A stretch of DNA of 64,000 nt from positions 528 to 64,527 of the IMG/VR virus record IMGVR_UViG_3300002461_000585; one strand, given 5' to 3'. The notes under the pieces are model-generated. The model was not told the DNA's origin and did no database searches. It worked only from the letters and a program-made list of their open reading frames with translations. The translations under genes were made by a program, and so were the position numbers. The DNA comes from a virus. Each line of letters begins with the position of its first letter. Within the stretch, counting starts at the first letter, position 1. Shown here piece after piece: positions 1-8,282 of the stretch.

Positions 1-508
1 CCGCTCCCAAAATGCTGCGAGCGATTTCGACTTTTCGCCTAGTAGCTGCGAGTTCGATCCAGTTCAGCCGCTCAGCGTCATCAATCGCATCCATGTGAAG
101 CCGCGGCATTTCCGCTGCTACCGGCATTGGCACGGTGTACTCGACGACCTCAATCAGCACGGCTTGCGTCTCCGTGGCAGCCCGCTCATCAGGCTCTACC
201 GCTGTTGGTGCGCTGGGACGTGCTGCGAGCATGGCGCGGAATACTGAGCGCCACCAGAAAGGCGGCTCCTTGCCCCGGGAGTAGTTTTCAGGCGGGCAGA
301 CGAACTCGCCTTCTTTGCCAAACAGCCAGCGAAGCGCAGATTCAGGAACAAGCACGAACCCATCAGGCACAACCGGCTCGGCCTGTGGTGCGTCGCGCAG
401 TGCGGCGCGGGCGTAGGCTTCCATTTGATGGCGCGTGAAGTTAACTCGGGCGTCTCGTGCGCTGCACCAGACCTCGGGCTCTGGCAGCGGTGGCAATTTC
501 ACATCCAT
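1..508 (-). CDS. Hypothetical phage protein, runs off the left edge (MDVKLPPLPEPEVWCSARDARVNFTRHQMEAYARAAL...)
   Basis: Manually translated open frame from ATG at 508 with GGAGAGA RBS; no stop before the window edge; not in the ORF track. Confidence 0.6.
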   Translation of the reverse strand, partial: MDVKLPPLPEPEVWCSARDARVNFTRHQMEAYARAALRDAPQAEPVVPDGFVLVPESALRWLFGKEGEFVCPPENYSRGKEPPFWWRSVFRAMLAARPSAPTAVEPDERAATETQAVLIEVVEYTVPMPVAAEMPRLHMDAIDDAERLNWIELAATRRKVEIARSILGA

Positions 509-525
509 GTTTCTCTCCGGGGTTG

Positions 526-547
526 GCCCCACCCCGAAGGGTGGGGC
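526..547 (-). other. Intergenic 9-bp stem-loop with cUUCGg tetraloop on the minus-strand transcript, no U-tract
   Basis: gccccaccc-cgaa-gggtggggc perfect inverted repeat between two CDS. Confidence 0.5.
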
Positions 548-556
548 AGTTTCACA

Positions 557-1252
557 TCACTTCTGCGCGATGGCCTTGCAGGTAGGGAAGTCGGCCATGC
601 CCTCGACCTTGCACACGACACTCTGCTTCTCGGCCTGGGTGAAGCCGCCAGCGCGCTCCATCAGGTTGAGTGCTGCGATGCTCAGACACGTCTGGTCGTT
701 GCCGATGGGGAAGGTGCCCGAGCCCGCGCCATCACGCGTGGAGCCGCCGCCGAAGAGGTACAGGCGGCAGCTGGTGGGCACCGAAGGCAGAACGCCTGCG
801 ACCACGGGCGGGGTGTTGCTCTCGGTCACGTCACCGCCGATGCTCACGTTCGCGGTGGTGCGCTGCGCGCTGTTGTTGCCTTCGTTGGTCAGCTTGTTGC
901 CGCCCGAGTTCGACACGGCCTGCTGTTGCTGGCCCTGCAGCTGCCCTTGCAACTGGCCCTGCTCGTTCACGTTGTCGTTGCGCACGGTGCTGTGCACGCC
1001 TGCCGTGGCGCTGCCGCCTGTACCCACGCCGATGCCGACACCGGTCGCCTGCGCTGCAGAAGCTGCACCTGCGATGGCCGAGCCGCCTGCGCCGCCTGCG
1101 CCGCCCTGACCGCCTGCGCCGCCCTGGTTGTTCGTGGTGTTGTTGGTCGTGTTGCTGTCCCCGAAGACGGGGCCGTTGTTGTTGCTGTTGCCTGCGGCAA
1201 AGGCGGTGCTTGCTGCGATGAACAAAGCGATGGTGATGAGACTCTTTTTCAT
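557..1252 (-). CDS. Secreted Gly/Asn/Gln-rich protein with N-terminal signal peptide and Cys-containing C-terminal domain
   Basis: MKKSLITIALFIAASTAFA signal peptide (AFA cleavage); CATCAGGAG RBS. Confidence 0.8.
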   Translation of the reverse strand: MKKSLITIALFIAASTAFAAGNSNNNGPVFGDSNTTNNTTNNQGGAGGQGGAGGAGGSAIAGAASAAQATGVGIGVGTGGSATAGVHSTVRNDNVNEQGQLQGQLQGQQQQAVSNSGGNKLTNEGNNSAQRTTANVSIGGDVTESNTPPVVAGVLPSVPTSCRLYLFGGGSTRDGAGSGTFPIGNDQTCLSIAALNLMERAGGFTQAEKQSVVCKVEGMADFPTCKAIAQK

Positions 1253-1320
1253 AAAAACTCCTGATGATCTGGGGGCAGTTGATTCAGGCCTGCCCCCTTC
1301 GCCTGTTCCCTTGCGGGGAA

Positions 1321-1497
1321 TTACTTGCCGTTGGCTGCGAGCATCTCGCGCAGCTTGGCTATGCGTTTGTCGTAACCCTCGACCGCTGCCGCGTGGTAGT
1401 CACGGCGCTGGTCTTCCTTGTAGCGCAGGCGCTCGATCTCTTCGAGTTCGGCCTGCATCGCCTCGGCGACGCTGTGTTTGCGGAAGTGTTTCAGCAT
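1321..1497 (-). CDS. Hypothetical coiled-coil protein (58 aa)
   Basis: ATG at 1497 with GGAG RBS; coupled to the upstream stop. Confidence 0.65.
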   Translation of the reverse strand: MLKHFRKHSVAEAMQAELEEIERLRYKEDQRRDYHAAAVEGYDKRIAKLREMLAANGK

Positions 1498-1498
1498 T

Positions 1499-1672
1499 TC
1501 AAATCTCCACCAAAAGGGCGATGGCCCAGACGCACAAGATCGTGTCGCAGACTGCATTGAACGCAGTCGTGTAGGGGGTGCGCTCGGGGTAGCGACCCGT
1601 GTAGAGCCAGGACAGGGTGCCGATGACCGACAGTCCTGCCGCTATGACAATGAACCAGAGGAAGAACTTCAT
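1499..1672 (-). CDS. Small two-TM membrane protein (57 aa, MKFFLWFIVIAAGLSVIGTLSWLY...)
   Basis: Manual translation; fills the gap exactly between DUF932 stop and next ATG; two hydrophobic segments. Confidence 0.65.
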   Translation of the reverse strand: MKFFLWFIVIAAGLSVIGTLSWLYTGRYPERTPYTTAFNAVCDTILCVWAIALLVEI

Positions 1673-1673
1673 C

Positions 1674-2651
1674 TCACACCCCCACCAGGACGTCGAGAGC
1701 GCGCTGCTTCAGCTGCGCACCGGCACCCCACTGCGAGGCAGCGAAGCGGTTCTCGGCCGAGCGTGCGCGGGCCCAATGATCGACGTTTTCGGTGAACGCG
1801 TTGAGGAGCCCGTAAGCGGTTCCGTACACACCCTCTTTGTTGAAGCCCAGACCGGTTGTTGTAAACAACTCCATGACCTTGGCGAAACCTGCGCTCGTGC
1901 GCACCTTGGCTTCCTCGCCACCGATGATGGACACCGCCAGATACTCGGCGTGCTCGGTCGTGATGTCCTTGTTGGCGAGGTCGGTGAGCGTGCTCATGAA
2001 CCGGTAGAACGATGCGCCGTTGAGGTCCATGAAGCCTTTGATTGCGGCGGGGTCGAACACCGAGCGGTGCGTGATCTTCACGGACGCGGCGCCATCGCTC
2101 TGCGCCATGGCCAACGTGTTGCGGCACACGACGCGGATGGTGGTGCGGCGCACCTCGGTTGCCAGCGAGCCGTCGGCGCTGGTGGAGAGCAGCAAGTAGC
2201 CGCCCACCTTGTCCTTCAGGGACGTGGGGCTTGCCTCGCCGATCTTGGCCGTGGCCCAAAAACGGGCGCCCGAATAAATCGTGCCCGCTGCGCTCAACTC
2301 CAGGCCGCCGACATGCACGATGTCGCGGAAGAAGTCCAGCACCTCACCGGGCTGCACCACCTTGTACTTGTCCGAGACGATGCCCAGCGGGTGGGCGTTG
2401 TCCGAGCGGAAGAGCACGTGCTTGTCAGGCACCTCGATGTACTGGGTGGCGTCGTTTATCGCCTCGATGCTGGTGGGGTAGCGGACCTTCGCGCGTTTGA
2501 TGCGCCAGTCCATGCCGGCCTTGACACGCCACTCGTCGATGCTGGCGTTGTCCTCCATGGCTTGGCCCAGGTTGTGCCACGGCAGGCCGTCGCTTTTGAG
2601 GTAGGCGAACTCGGAGAAGCCGTTGGCGCGTGCGGTGATTTCGTGAGACAT
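1674..2651 (-). CDS. DUF932 family (phage/plasmid-like TIGR03299) protein
   Basis: PWHNLG N-terminal motif, Y.VVQP.EVLDFF, TTIRVVCRNTL motifs. Confidence 0.85.
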   Translation of the reverse strand: MSHEITARANGFSEFAYLKSDGLPWHNLGQAMEDNASIDEWRVKAGMDWRIKRAKVRYPTSIEAINDATQYIEVPDKHVLFRSDNAHPLGIVSDKYKVVQPGEVLDFFRDIVHVGGLELSAAGTIYSGARFWATAKIGEASPTSLKDKVGGYLLLSTSADGSLATEVRRTTIRVVCRNTLAMAQSDGAASVKITHRSVFDPAAIKGFMDLNGASFYRFMSTLTDLANKDITTEHAEYLAVSIIGGEEAKVRTSAGFAKVMELFTTTGLGFNKEGVYGTAYGLLNAFTENVDHWARARSAENRFAASQWGAGAQLKQRALDVLVGV

Positions 2652-2742
2652 TTGATTACTCCTGATGAGATTGACAGTATGCCCGAGATTTTACAAAAGC
2701 GACACGGTGGGCAAGTCCGTGTCGCAGCTTTCCGACGAGTGG

Positions 2743-2931
2743 TCAGCGCTGCGTGCGCTTCTCAAGGGCTTCGAGAATGTCCGTCGTCTGCTTCTGGTAC
2801 TGGATGTAGAGTGCGTTCATCTCGAGTTGCGTCCGCTGCACTTTCTCCAGCCGATCGATGCGCCGCGCCTGCCAGAGCAGCAGGAAGCCGAGTGCCACGA
2901 TGAACGCGAAGAGCAGGTCTTCTTGGGTCAT
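2743..2931 (-). CDS. Small membrane-anchored coiled-coil protein (62 aa)
   Basis: N-terminal TM segment LLFAFIVALGFLLLW; overlap-coupled with the upstream stop. Confidence 0.65.
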   Translation of the reverse strand: MTQEDLLFAFIVALGFLLLWQARRIDRLEKVQRTQLEMNALYIQYQKQTTDILEALEKRTQR

Positions 2932-3647
2932 ACGTACCCCTTTCCGGCGCCGTGCGCCACGATTGCCACTGAACGCGCAGCCTGCTGGCTGCCCCCACAC
3001 AACATGCAGTTCATGCACGTCGTCTTCTTGCCCGCTTCCTCCGACGCAGGACACAGCACTTCCTTGCCCTTGATGAGCTCGGACGTGTGCGACACGATGC
3101 GGAAGGTGCGGTAGCTCTTGGACCACGCGCGCTGCGCCGTGGGCAAGTCATCGGCCGAGACCATGGTCATCCACGGCTTGAACGCCGCAGTGCTGTGGCC
3201 CATCTGGTGCGTGTACCCTGTCCACCCCTTGGCTTTGTCGAGCAAACGCGTCCAGACGTGTTCTGGCACGGCTGCGGGGTCACCGTAGGTACCGAGGCGC
3301 ACGCGCTGGCCCATGCCAAGCTCGACAGGGTCGGCGTGGCGGTACGCACCTCGCTCGTACTGGCGCCACACGATCAGCGGGCCCTGGCCCAGGTTGACGT
3401 AGCACGCACGGCGCACAGCCACCTTGCGCAGCGGGTCCAGCGTGGGCTCGCCCCGGTGCCCGCAGTCACCGCAGATGCTGTAGTCCTCGCCGAACTTGCT
3501 GGCGTCCAGCGGGTTGAGGTCGCTGCGCATGATGTACGTTTGAAGAAGCGAACCTGTTTTTCTGTTCGACGACCCCCACACAGCCGCCACAAATATCGGA
3601 GCCCCGTCCAGCAGGGAGGGGCCTTCGTAGATCAATGATCCTGGCAT
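2928..3647 (-). CDS. Cys-rich conserved phage protein, possibly Fe-S binding (Gp88-like / radical-SAM-derived)
   Basis: SSNRKTG, ICGDC..RACYV, RLGTYGDP, TGYTHQ, CPAS...TCMNCMLC motifs. Confidence 0.6.
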   Translation of the reverse strand: MPGSLIYEGPSLLDGAPIFVAAVWGSSNRKTGSLLQTYIMRSDLNPLDASKFGEDYSICGDCGHRGEPTLDPLRKVAVRRACYVNLGQGPLIVWRQYERGAYRHADPVELGMGQRVRLGTYGDPAAVPEHVWTRLLDKAKGWTGYTHQMGHSTAAFKPWMTMVSADDLPTAQRAWSKSYRTFRIVSHTSELIKGKEVLCPASEEAGKKTTCMNCMLCGGSQQAARSVAIVAHGAGKGYV

Positions 3648-3658
3648 GTGGTTTCCTT

Positions 3659-3892
3659 TCAGTAGTGAACAACGCAGTTGTCGATCTTCTCGTCGGGCCC
3701 CAAGGGGTCGACGTCGCCCGCCTCGATGCTGTCCAGGTCGCGCACGATGAACTCCACTGCGATGGGCAGCGGGTCTCCGTAGATGGACGTGACGCAGCCG
3801 CCAACGACTTCGACGACGATGCGGTGCGGTTGGGGGGCGCTCTCGTACATGCCGCTGTTGTCTTCGGTCAAGTGGTCTCCGATGATGCTCAT
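3659..3892 (-). CDS. Hypothetical protein (77 aa)
   Basis: ORF with AGGAG RBS in a tightly packed operon. Confidence 0.65.
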   Translation of the reverse strand: MSIIGDHLTEDNSGMYESAPQPHRIVVEVVGGCVTSIYGDPLPIAVEFIVRDLDSIEAGDVDPLGPDEKIDNCVVHY

Positions 3893-3893
3893 G

Positions 3894-4121
3894 TCACTTC
3901 TCCTGTGGTTGCGGGTGGTCGGGTGCGAGGCGCAGTTCCTTGCACCCCTTCTGTTTCAGTCGCGCTGCTGCCTCCTGCAAGGTCGGCGCGTAGCTGCACA
4001 CGGTGCCGTCGCAGACGACGGACCGGGGCTGGCTCGGTGAGACCGTCGGGTCGTAGGTGGTGCGCCCGCGACCGCAGCGCGTGCGGTACGTGGTGAGCGG
4101 TTCGATCTTTCCGGTGAACAT
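3894..4121 (-). CDS. Hypothetical protein (75 aa)
   Basis: ORF abutting neighbours, GAGG RBS. Confidence 0.6.
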   Translation of the reverse strand: MFTGKIEPLTTYRTRCGRGRTTYDPTVSPSQPRSVVCDGTVCSYAPTLQEAAARLKQKGCKELRLAPDHPQPQEK

Positions 4122-4430
4122 TCAGTTCTCCTCGATGGTGATAGTCCAGGGTTTCGCGCTGTCGACATAGACAGCGCGCGGCGACGGCGCACGCATGTTG
4201 ATCCGCCCTTCGTGCTCCAGAGAGAACACGTGCTCGAAGTAGTCGTTGATGCTCTTCTGCACTTTCGCAGGCCAGCCCGACGCACTGAGCGGGGACTCGA
4301 AGCGCCCGGTCACAGGCCCTCGCGCCTTGCCCATGTAGACAACCGACTGCGACTCGCCCGTGGTCTCGGGCGTGCGCAAGTACACCAGCGCAGCGATGCT
4401 GCCCGGGATGATTTGCCATGTGCCTTTCAT
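4122..4430 (-). CDS. Hypothetical protein (102 aa)
   Basis: ATGA overlap with the upstream gene. Confidence 0.6.
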   Translation of the reverse strand: MKGTWQIIPGSIAALVYLRTPETTGESQSVVYMGKARGPVTGRFESPLSASGWPAKVQKSINDYFEHVFSLEHEGRINMRAPSPRAVYVDSAKPWTITIEEN

Positions 4431-4618
4431 GACGTCTTCTCCGGCAGCCCGAGGCGGGCGCGGCAGTTGGGGCAGGTGACGTCGTCTTTCACCTTGGTGC
4501 GCTTGAAGTGGTAGCTGCCGTAGCCGCAGAGCGCACTGTCGTGGTCGTGCGTGCCGGGACCCTTGCCTGACCGCACGTCCATCTCACGCGGCGTGAAGTA
4601 GTAGTGTGTTGTTTCCAT
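4427..4618 (-). CDS. Small hypothetical protein with CxxC (63 aa)
   Basis: GAGGAG RBS; VTCPNC motif. Confidence 0.6.
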   Translation of the reverse strand: METTHYYFTPREMDVRSGKGPGTHDHDSALCGYGSYHFKRTKVKDDVTCPNCRARLGLPEKTS

Positions 4619-4627
4619 GGTCGCTCC

Positions 4628-4984
4628 TCAAGAGGTTTTCTTCGCGCGAACGTCGATGCGGTAGTAGCCGGCCGTGGGCGAGGTGTGCGCCACGATCCGC
4701 TGCTTGCTGGGCTTCATGCTCATGGCCAGGGCCTGCCAGTCCACCTTGGTGCCGCCCTGCACCTCGGCCACCGTGGCGCGGTAGAACGCGCTCTCGTAGG
4801 CGCGCTGGTTGCCGGTGATGAGGATGTCCTTGCACGCGGCCTCCTCTTCCTTGAGCGAGGCGATGGCGCTCTTGAGGTAGGCCAGCCGGTCCACAGCCTG
4901 CTCGGGGGTGAGCACGCCGTTGATGGCGCTCTGGGGTGCGTTGGTGATGACGGTGTCGATGGCGTTGTTGAAAGTCGTGTTCAT
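4628..4984 (-). CDS. Conserved hypothetical phage protein (118 aa)
   Basis: CAGGA RBS; coiled-coil plus VDWQALA motif. Confidence 0.7.
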   Translation of the reverse strand: MNTTFNNAIDTVITNAPQSAINGVLTPEQAVDRLAYLKSAIASLKEEEAACKDILITGNQRAYESAFYRATVAEVQGGTKVDWQALAMSMKPSKQRIVAHTSPTAGYYRIDVRAKKTS

Positions 4985-5005
4985 TTTGAAAGTCCTGATA
5001 GTTGG

Positions 5006-5029
5006 AAAAAGCCGCAGGACCGCTGCGGC
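5006..5029 (-). terminator. Intrinsic terminator-like hairpin (GCCGCAG-CGGTC-CTGCGGC-TTTTT), member of the repeated CGGYY-loop hairpin family
   Basis: 7-bp GC stem plus T5 on the minus strand. Confidence 0.65.
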
Positions 5030-5042
5030 GCCGGATTCGAAA

Positions 5043-5324
5043 TCAAGACGAGCAGTTGGCGCCCATGTACCAGTTGCCGTCTCGATCCATGATCAGCAGC
5101 GCGGCTTCCCACTTCTCCGCGTTTTCGTCGAGCCACTGCTCTGCGTCAGCAGCGTCCTTGGCCTGCCACGCGCGCACCTCCACACCCTGAGCTTCAGCAA
5201 AGCTGCCGCTGTACCCTGCATGGCCGTAGTCGTATTTGGCCTGCTCGATGACTGCCTGCGCCTGTTGCACGGCCTCGTGCTTGGTCTTGGCGTTGAGCTT
5301 CCGAAAGTTGAAATTGCAACCCAT
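5043..5324 (-). CDS. Hypothetical phage protein (93 aa)
   Basis: AAGGAG RBS; YGHAGYSGSFAE motif. Confidence 0.7.
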   Translation of the reverse strand: MGCNFNFRKLNAKTKHEAVQQAQAVIEQAKYDYGHAGYSGSFAEAQGVEVRAWQAKDAADAEQWLDENAEKWEAALLIMDRDGNWYMGANCSS

Positions 5325-5334
5325 GGTGTTCTCC

Positions 5335-5838
5335 TTAAACTTTGTCGATGGTGATGGTCAAGGTGCCGTCGCTGAACAGGTCGGCGATGACATCCGCCAC
5401 TTCCTGGCTGTCCAGTTCGGGGCCGTTGTCTTTGAACTTCCTGAACGCGTTGCGCAAATCCTGGATGTCCTGGTCGCGATCGTCCATTGCCGTCTTGAGC
5501 GTGCCGATGTCGTCTTCCACCACCTCTTTCAAAGCGAAGCGTTCTTGCATGCCGCTGAGGGTCTCCTCGATGCGGATGAAGCGCGCGCTCGCGCCGTTGA
5601 GCGTGCCGATCATGTGCTCCTGGTTCCGCTTCACGAGGTCGACCGTTGCCGCCAGCGTGTTGATGTCCTCGGCGAACTGCGCGCGCAGTTGCCCCAGGTT
5701 CGGCGCGGCCTGCGCACCCATCTGCCTGATCACCAGCGTCTCGACGAGTGCGGTGAAGCTGTCGCTGCGAATTACGTTGGCCACCTCTTGCGTGACGGCT
5801 TCGCGAATGGCTTCGGCGATGATGTGTTGAATGTTCAT
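5335..5838 (-). CDS. Coiled-coil hypothetical protein (167 aa)
   Basis: ATG at 5838 after CATCAGGAG RBS. Confidence 0.7.
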   Translation of the reverse strand: MNIQHIIAEAIREAVTQEVANVIRSDSFTALVETLVIRQMGAQAAPNLGQLRAQFAEDINTLAATVDLVKRNQEHMIGTLNGASARFIRIEETLSGMQERFALKEVVEDDIGTLKTAMDDRDQDIQDLRNAFRKFKDNGPELDSQEVADVIADLFSDGTLTITIDKV

Positions 5839-5853
5839 TTGAAACTCCTGATG

Positions 5854-5903
5854 AAAAAAGGCCGCATCGCGGCCGGGGTGGTGAAACTGTGAGCAGGGCT
5901 CAC
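5854..5903 (-). promoter_or_regulatory. Early-arm intergenic element: palindrome GTGAGC-AGG-GCTCAC (5889-5903) plus terminator-like hairpin GGCCGC-GAT-GCGGCC-T6 (5854-5874)
   Basis: Direct sequence inspection. Confidence 0.7.
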
Positions 5904-6112
5904 GCGTTGCTCTTGTAGAAGTCCGAGTCGGGGCCGTACTTGTGGAACAGGCCTGCGAAAGCCGTGAGCAGCGTTTTCCTGTTGAAGCTGTCTGCCACCA
6001 TCGCTGCGTCTGCGATGTGGCACGCGAAGGCACCGCCAAATCTGTTCATCGCCGCGCACGTGTAGATGATCTCGTCGTGGGTGTAGTCGATGGGGTTGCG
6101 TTGGGTCATCAC
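5900..6112 (-). CDS. Hypothetical phage protein (70 aa)
   Basis: GGAFA..IADA...AD..NR motif typical of small phage proteins; stop codon lies inside the palindrome. Confidence 0.7.
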   Translation of the reverse strand: MMTQRNPIDYTHDEIIYTCAAMNRFGGAFACHIADAAMVADSFNRKTLLTAFAGLFHKYGPDSDFYKSNA

Positions 6113-6333
6113 ATGCCTCCTTCATGAACTTGCGCACCGTAGTGCACGGCTTGTGCCTGGGCGTAGCGCATGGCGTCGACCCAGACCTTGAAGTCAGCGA
6201 GCCACTCGAACTCGCCGGGCTCGCCCTTGTAGACGGACCACTGCCCCGGCACTTCACCGGGGGCTGCAGCGGTCACGCCGCCGCCCATGTCGACCACGGT
6301 CGGCAGCAACTGAATGAACTTGATCTGCTTCAT
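6109..6333 (-). CDS. Hypothetical protein (74 aa)
   Basis: AGGAG RBS, coupled overlaps. Confidence 0.65.
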   Translation of the reverse strand: MKQIKFIQLLPTVVDMGGGVTAAAPGEVPGQWSVYKGEPGEFEWLADFKVWVDAMRYAQAQAVHYGAQVHEGGM

Positions 6334-6536
6334 GCTTCTTCTCCTTTGAGCTTGAGATTGAGATTGAGGTTGATCTGGGCGTTGCGGATGGTGCCTGTGC
6401 GCGCATATGCGATGAGCCGCACCATGGGCTCGATGGGTATGGCGCTCGCCTTGCGTTTGCCCGCCGTGATTTCTGCCAGCGCTCTCTCAAGCGCGTCGGC
6501 ATGCGCGAGCAGTTCCTTGCGTTCTTCACCAGTCAT
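6330..6536 (-). CDS. Hypothetical protein (68 aa)
   Basis: AGGAG RBS, ATGA overlap. Confidence 0.65.
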   Translation of the reverse strand: MTGEERKELLAHADALERALAEITAGKRKASAIPIEPMVRLIAYARTGTIRNAQINLNLNLKLKGEEA

Positions 6537-6910
6537 GTTGCTTCTCCTAAATGCGGGAATGCCCGCGTCATGCGTTCGACGAACGCTTCATCTTCTTCGG
6601 TGAGCCCAAGCCGCAGCCCGCACTCGTTTTCCTTGAGGTCTTGCGCTACCGCGCGCCGCTGCGCAATCGCAGCGAACAACTTACCCACGCCGAAGTCGCT
6701 CTTCTGCGGACGCATGCGCCAGCGCGTGTTGCCCGGCCAGTAGTCGAAGATCGCACCGCCTTCCTCGATGGCGATGTGTGCGCCGCCGTTGTGCACGGTG
6801 TAGTTGATGCCGCGGTCTTTGAGTTGCTGCTCGGCCCGGGCGCGCCGCTCGGCGCGCTCCCGCTTTTGCTGCGCCTTGTAGGCGGCCCAGAGTTCGGTCT
6901 CTTCGTTCAC
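6533..6910 (-). CDS. Hypothetical phage protein (125 aa, GTG start; NGGAHIAI...FDYWPG)
   Basis: C-terminal part of ORF-track 6533..7156; GTG start overlapping the upstream TGA. Confidence 0.6.
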   Translation of the reverse strand: MNEETELWAAYKAQQKRERAERRARAEQQLKDRGINYTVHNGGAHIAIEEGGAIFDYWPGNTRWRMRPQKSDFGVGKLFAAIAQRRAVAQDLKENECGLRLGLTEEDEAFVERMTRAFPHLGEAT

Positions 6911-7125
6911 GGCGTCACCGCCGTCATCGTGCCCGTGGTGACATCGATGTGGTAGTTCACAGGTTGGTCGCTCTCGACAGCGCGGCACTCGACGACTGCC
7001 ATCCAGCGGTTCATGAGGTCGCGTGCGCTGTACTCGGCCTCTTCCTTCGTGGCGAAGGCGAGGCTGTTCTGGTAGAACTTCGGGTCGGTGCCGGTGCGCA
7101 CCTCGGGCTTCCATGATTTGCTCAT
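6907..7125 (-). CDS. Hypothetical protein (72 aa, MSKSWKPEV...FATKEEAE)
   Basis: AGGAG RBS before ATG 7125. Confidence 0.7.
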   Translation of the reverse strand: MSKSWKPEVRTGTDPKFYQNSLAFATKEEAEYSARDLMNRWMAVVECRAVESDQPVNYHIDVTTGTMTAVTP

Positions 7126-7385
7126 TTCGTTTCTCCTGGGTTGGCGAACGCGACATCGACCACGAGCTTGAGCAGGCGCCCGGTGATCAGGACCACGTGC
7201 TTGTTGCCCTGCTGGTCCATGCAGATCAGGTCGATCGTGGGGAGCTGCTGCACCGTGCCCTTGCGCACGATCACAGCGTCGGTGACGACCGCTGTGTTGG
7301 GTCGCTTCTCCCACTCGTTGTAGTTGAAGCCATAACCCGTGGCGTCGTCGGCGTCTTCGAAGACGTGCATCTTGATTCCTTGCAT
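7122..7385 (-). CDS. Hypothetical protein (87 aa)
   Basis: GGAG RBS before ATG 7385. Confidence 0.65.
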   Translation of the reverse strand: MQGIKMHVFEDADDATGYGFNYNEWEKRPNTAVVTDAVIVRKGTVQQLPTIDLICMDQQGNKHVVLITGRLLKLVVDVAFANPGETK

Positions 7386-7386
7386 T

Positions 7387-7563
7387 TCAGTTCTCCAGGG
7401 TTGGATGGTTCTTAAAATCTTCGTCCGTCGCTTGTCGCACCGTGATCCACCCGATGCCGACCCACTGCTTGAGCATGCCGTCCTCGATGACATGCGTGTG
7501 CTTCTTCTCGTTGCCTGCGACCATGCGCAGGTTCGTGACTTCGCTTCTCTTGATGGTGCCCAT
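7387..7563 (-). CDS. Small phage protein (58 aa, MGTIKRSEV...DGMLKQWVGIGWI)
   Basis: Manual translation; GGAGG RBS; fills the gap exactly. Confidence 0.7.
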   Translation of the reverse strand: MGTIKRSEVTNLRMVAGNEKKHTHVIEDGMLKQWVGIGWITVRQATDEDFKNHPTLEN

Positions 7564-7564
7564 C

Positions 7565-7777
7565 TCAGTGCCCTCCGCCGATATGTTTGCGCGCCAGCGA
7601 GCGCGCCCGTTCCGCTGCGTTGCTGAGTGCGTAGTCGTTGCTCATGTGACCGAAGCGGGCGCACTCTTGCCAGCGTCCGTCCACCAGTTCCTCGACGACC
7701 TCGTGGTCCTGCCCGCCGGGGTACTTGGCGCTCTCGGTGCGCACACGCACGTGCTCTCCGTAGGGTGTGGTTTTCAT
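7565..7777 (-). CDS. Hypothetical protein (70 aa)
   Basis: GAGGAG RBS before ATG 7777. Confidence 0.65.
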   Translation of the reverse strand: MKTTPYGEHVRVRTESAKYPGGQDHEVVEELVDGRWQECARFGHMSNDYALSNAAERARSLARKHIGGGH

Positions 7778-7778
7778 A

Positions 7779-8192
7779 TCACTCCTCCTCTTTGCTGCAG
7801 AACTCGCCGAACGCCGCGAGAGTGCCTTTGAACACCCGCGCGCGGTAGCTGCGCACCGTGACCTCGATGTCGAGCGCCGGGGTGATCGTGACCTCGTAGC
7901 CGTAGTCCTCGCCATCGAGCTTGGTGCGGGGCTTGACCATGTAGATGCCGCCCGCCCCCGCTTCTTCTTTGAAGTGCTGGACCATCTGCGCTGCGAGGCA
8001 GCCGGCGCCGTTGGCAATCTTGCGCTTGTCATTCATGCTCATGCCGTTGACGATGGTGAACTGCGACAGGAAGTCGAAGAGCTCCTTGCCATGGCCGCTG
8101 GGGTAGCCGTCGAACTGACGGTACATGGTGCAGAGCACTTCCTTGTTGTCGAAGGCGTTGTCGATGATGGTGGTGATGGAACGTGTACCCAT
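7779..8192 (-). CDS. Conserved hypothetical phage protein (MGTRS...YRQFDGYPSGHG)
   Basis: Recognisable N-terminal motif; CATCAGGAG RBS. Confidence 0.8.
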   Translation of the reverse strand: MGTRSITTIIDNAFDNKEVLCTMYRQFDGYPSGHGKELFDFLSQFTIVNGMSMNDKRKIANGAGCLAAQMVQHFKEEAGAGGIYMVKPRTKLDGEDYGYEVTITPALDIEVTVRSYRARVFKGTLAAFGEFCSKEEE

Positions 8193-8217
8193 GATTTACT
8201 CCTGATGGTTTCTAAAG

Positions 8218-8280
8218 ACCGCAGGACCGCTGCTGCGCCGGTTTGTGTGAGCGATGCTCACGTTTTTGACACCGGTTGGA
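8218..8280 (-). promoter_or_regulatory. Composite early-arm element: TCCAACCGGTGTC (8268-8280), palindrome (8247-8261), CGGTC-loop hairpin (8218-8241)
   Basis: Repeated at several other intergenic sites. Confidence 0.75.
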
Positions 8281-8282
8281 AG

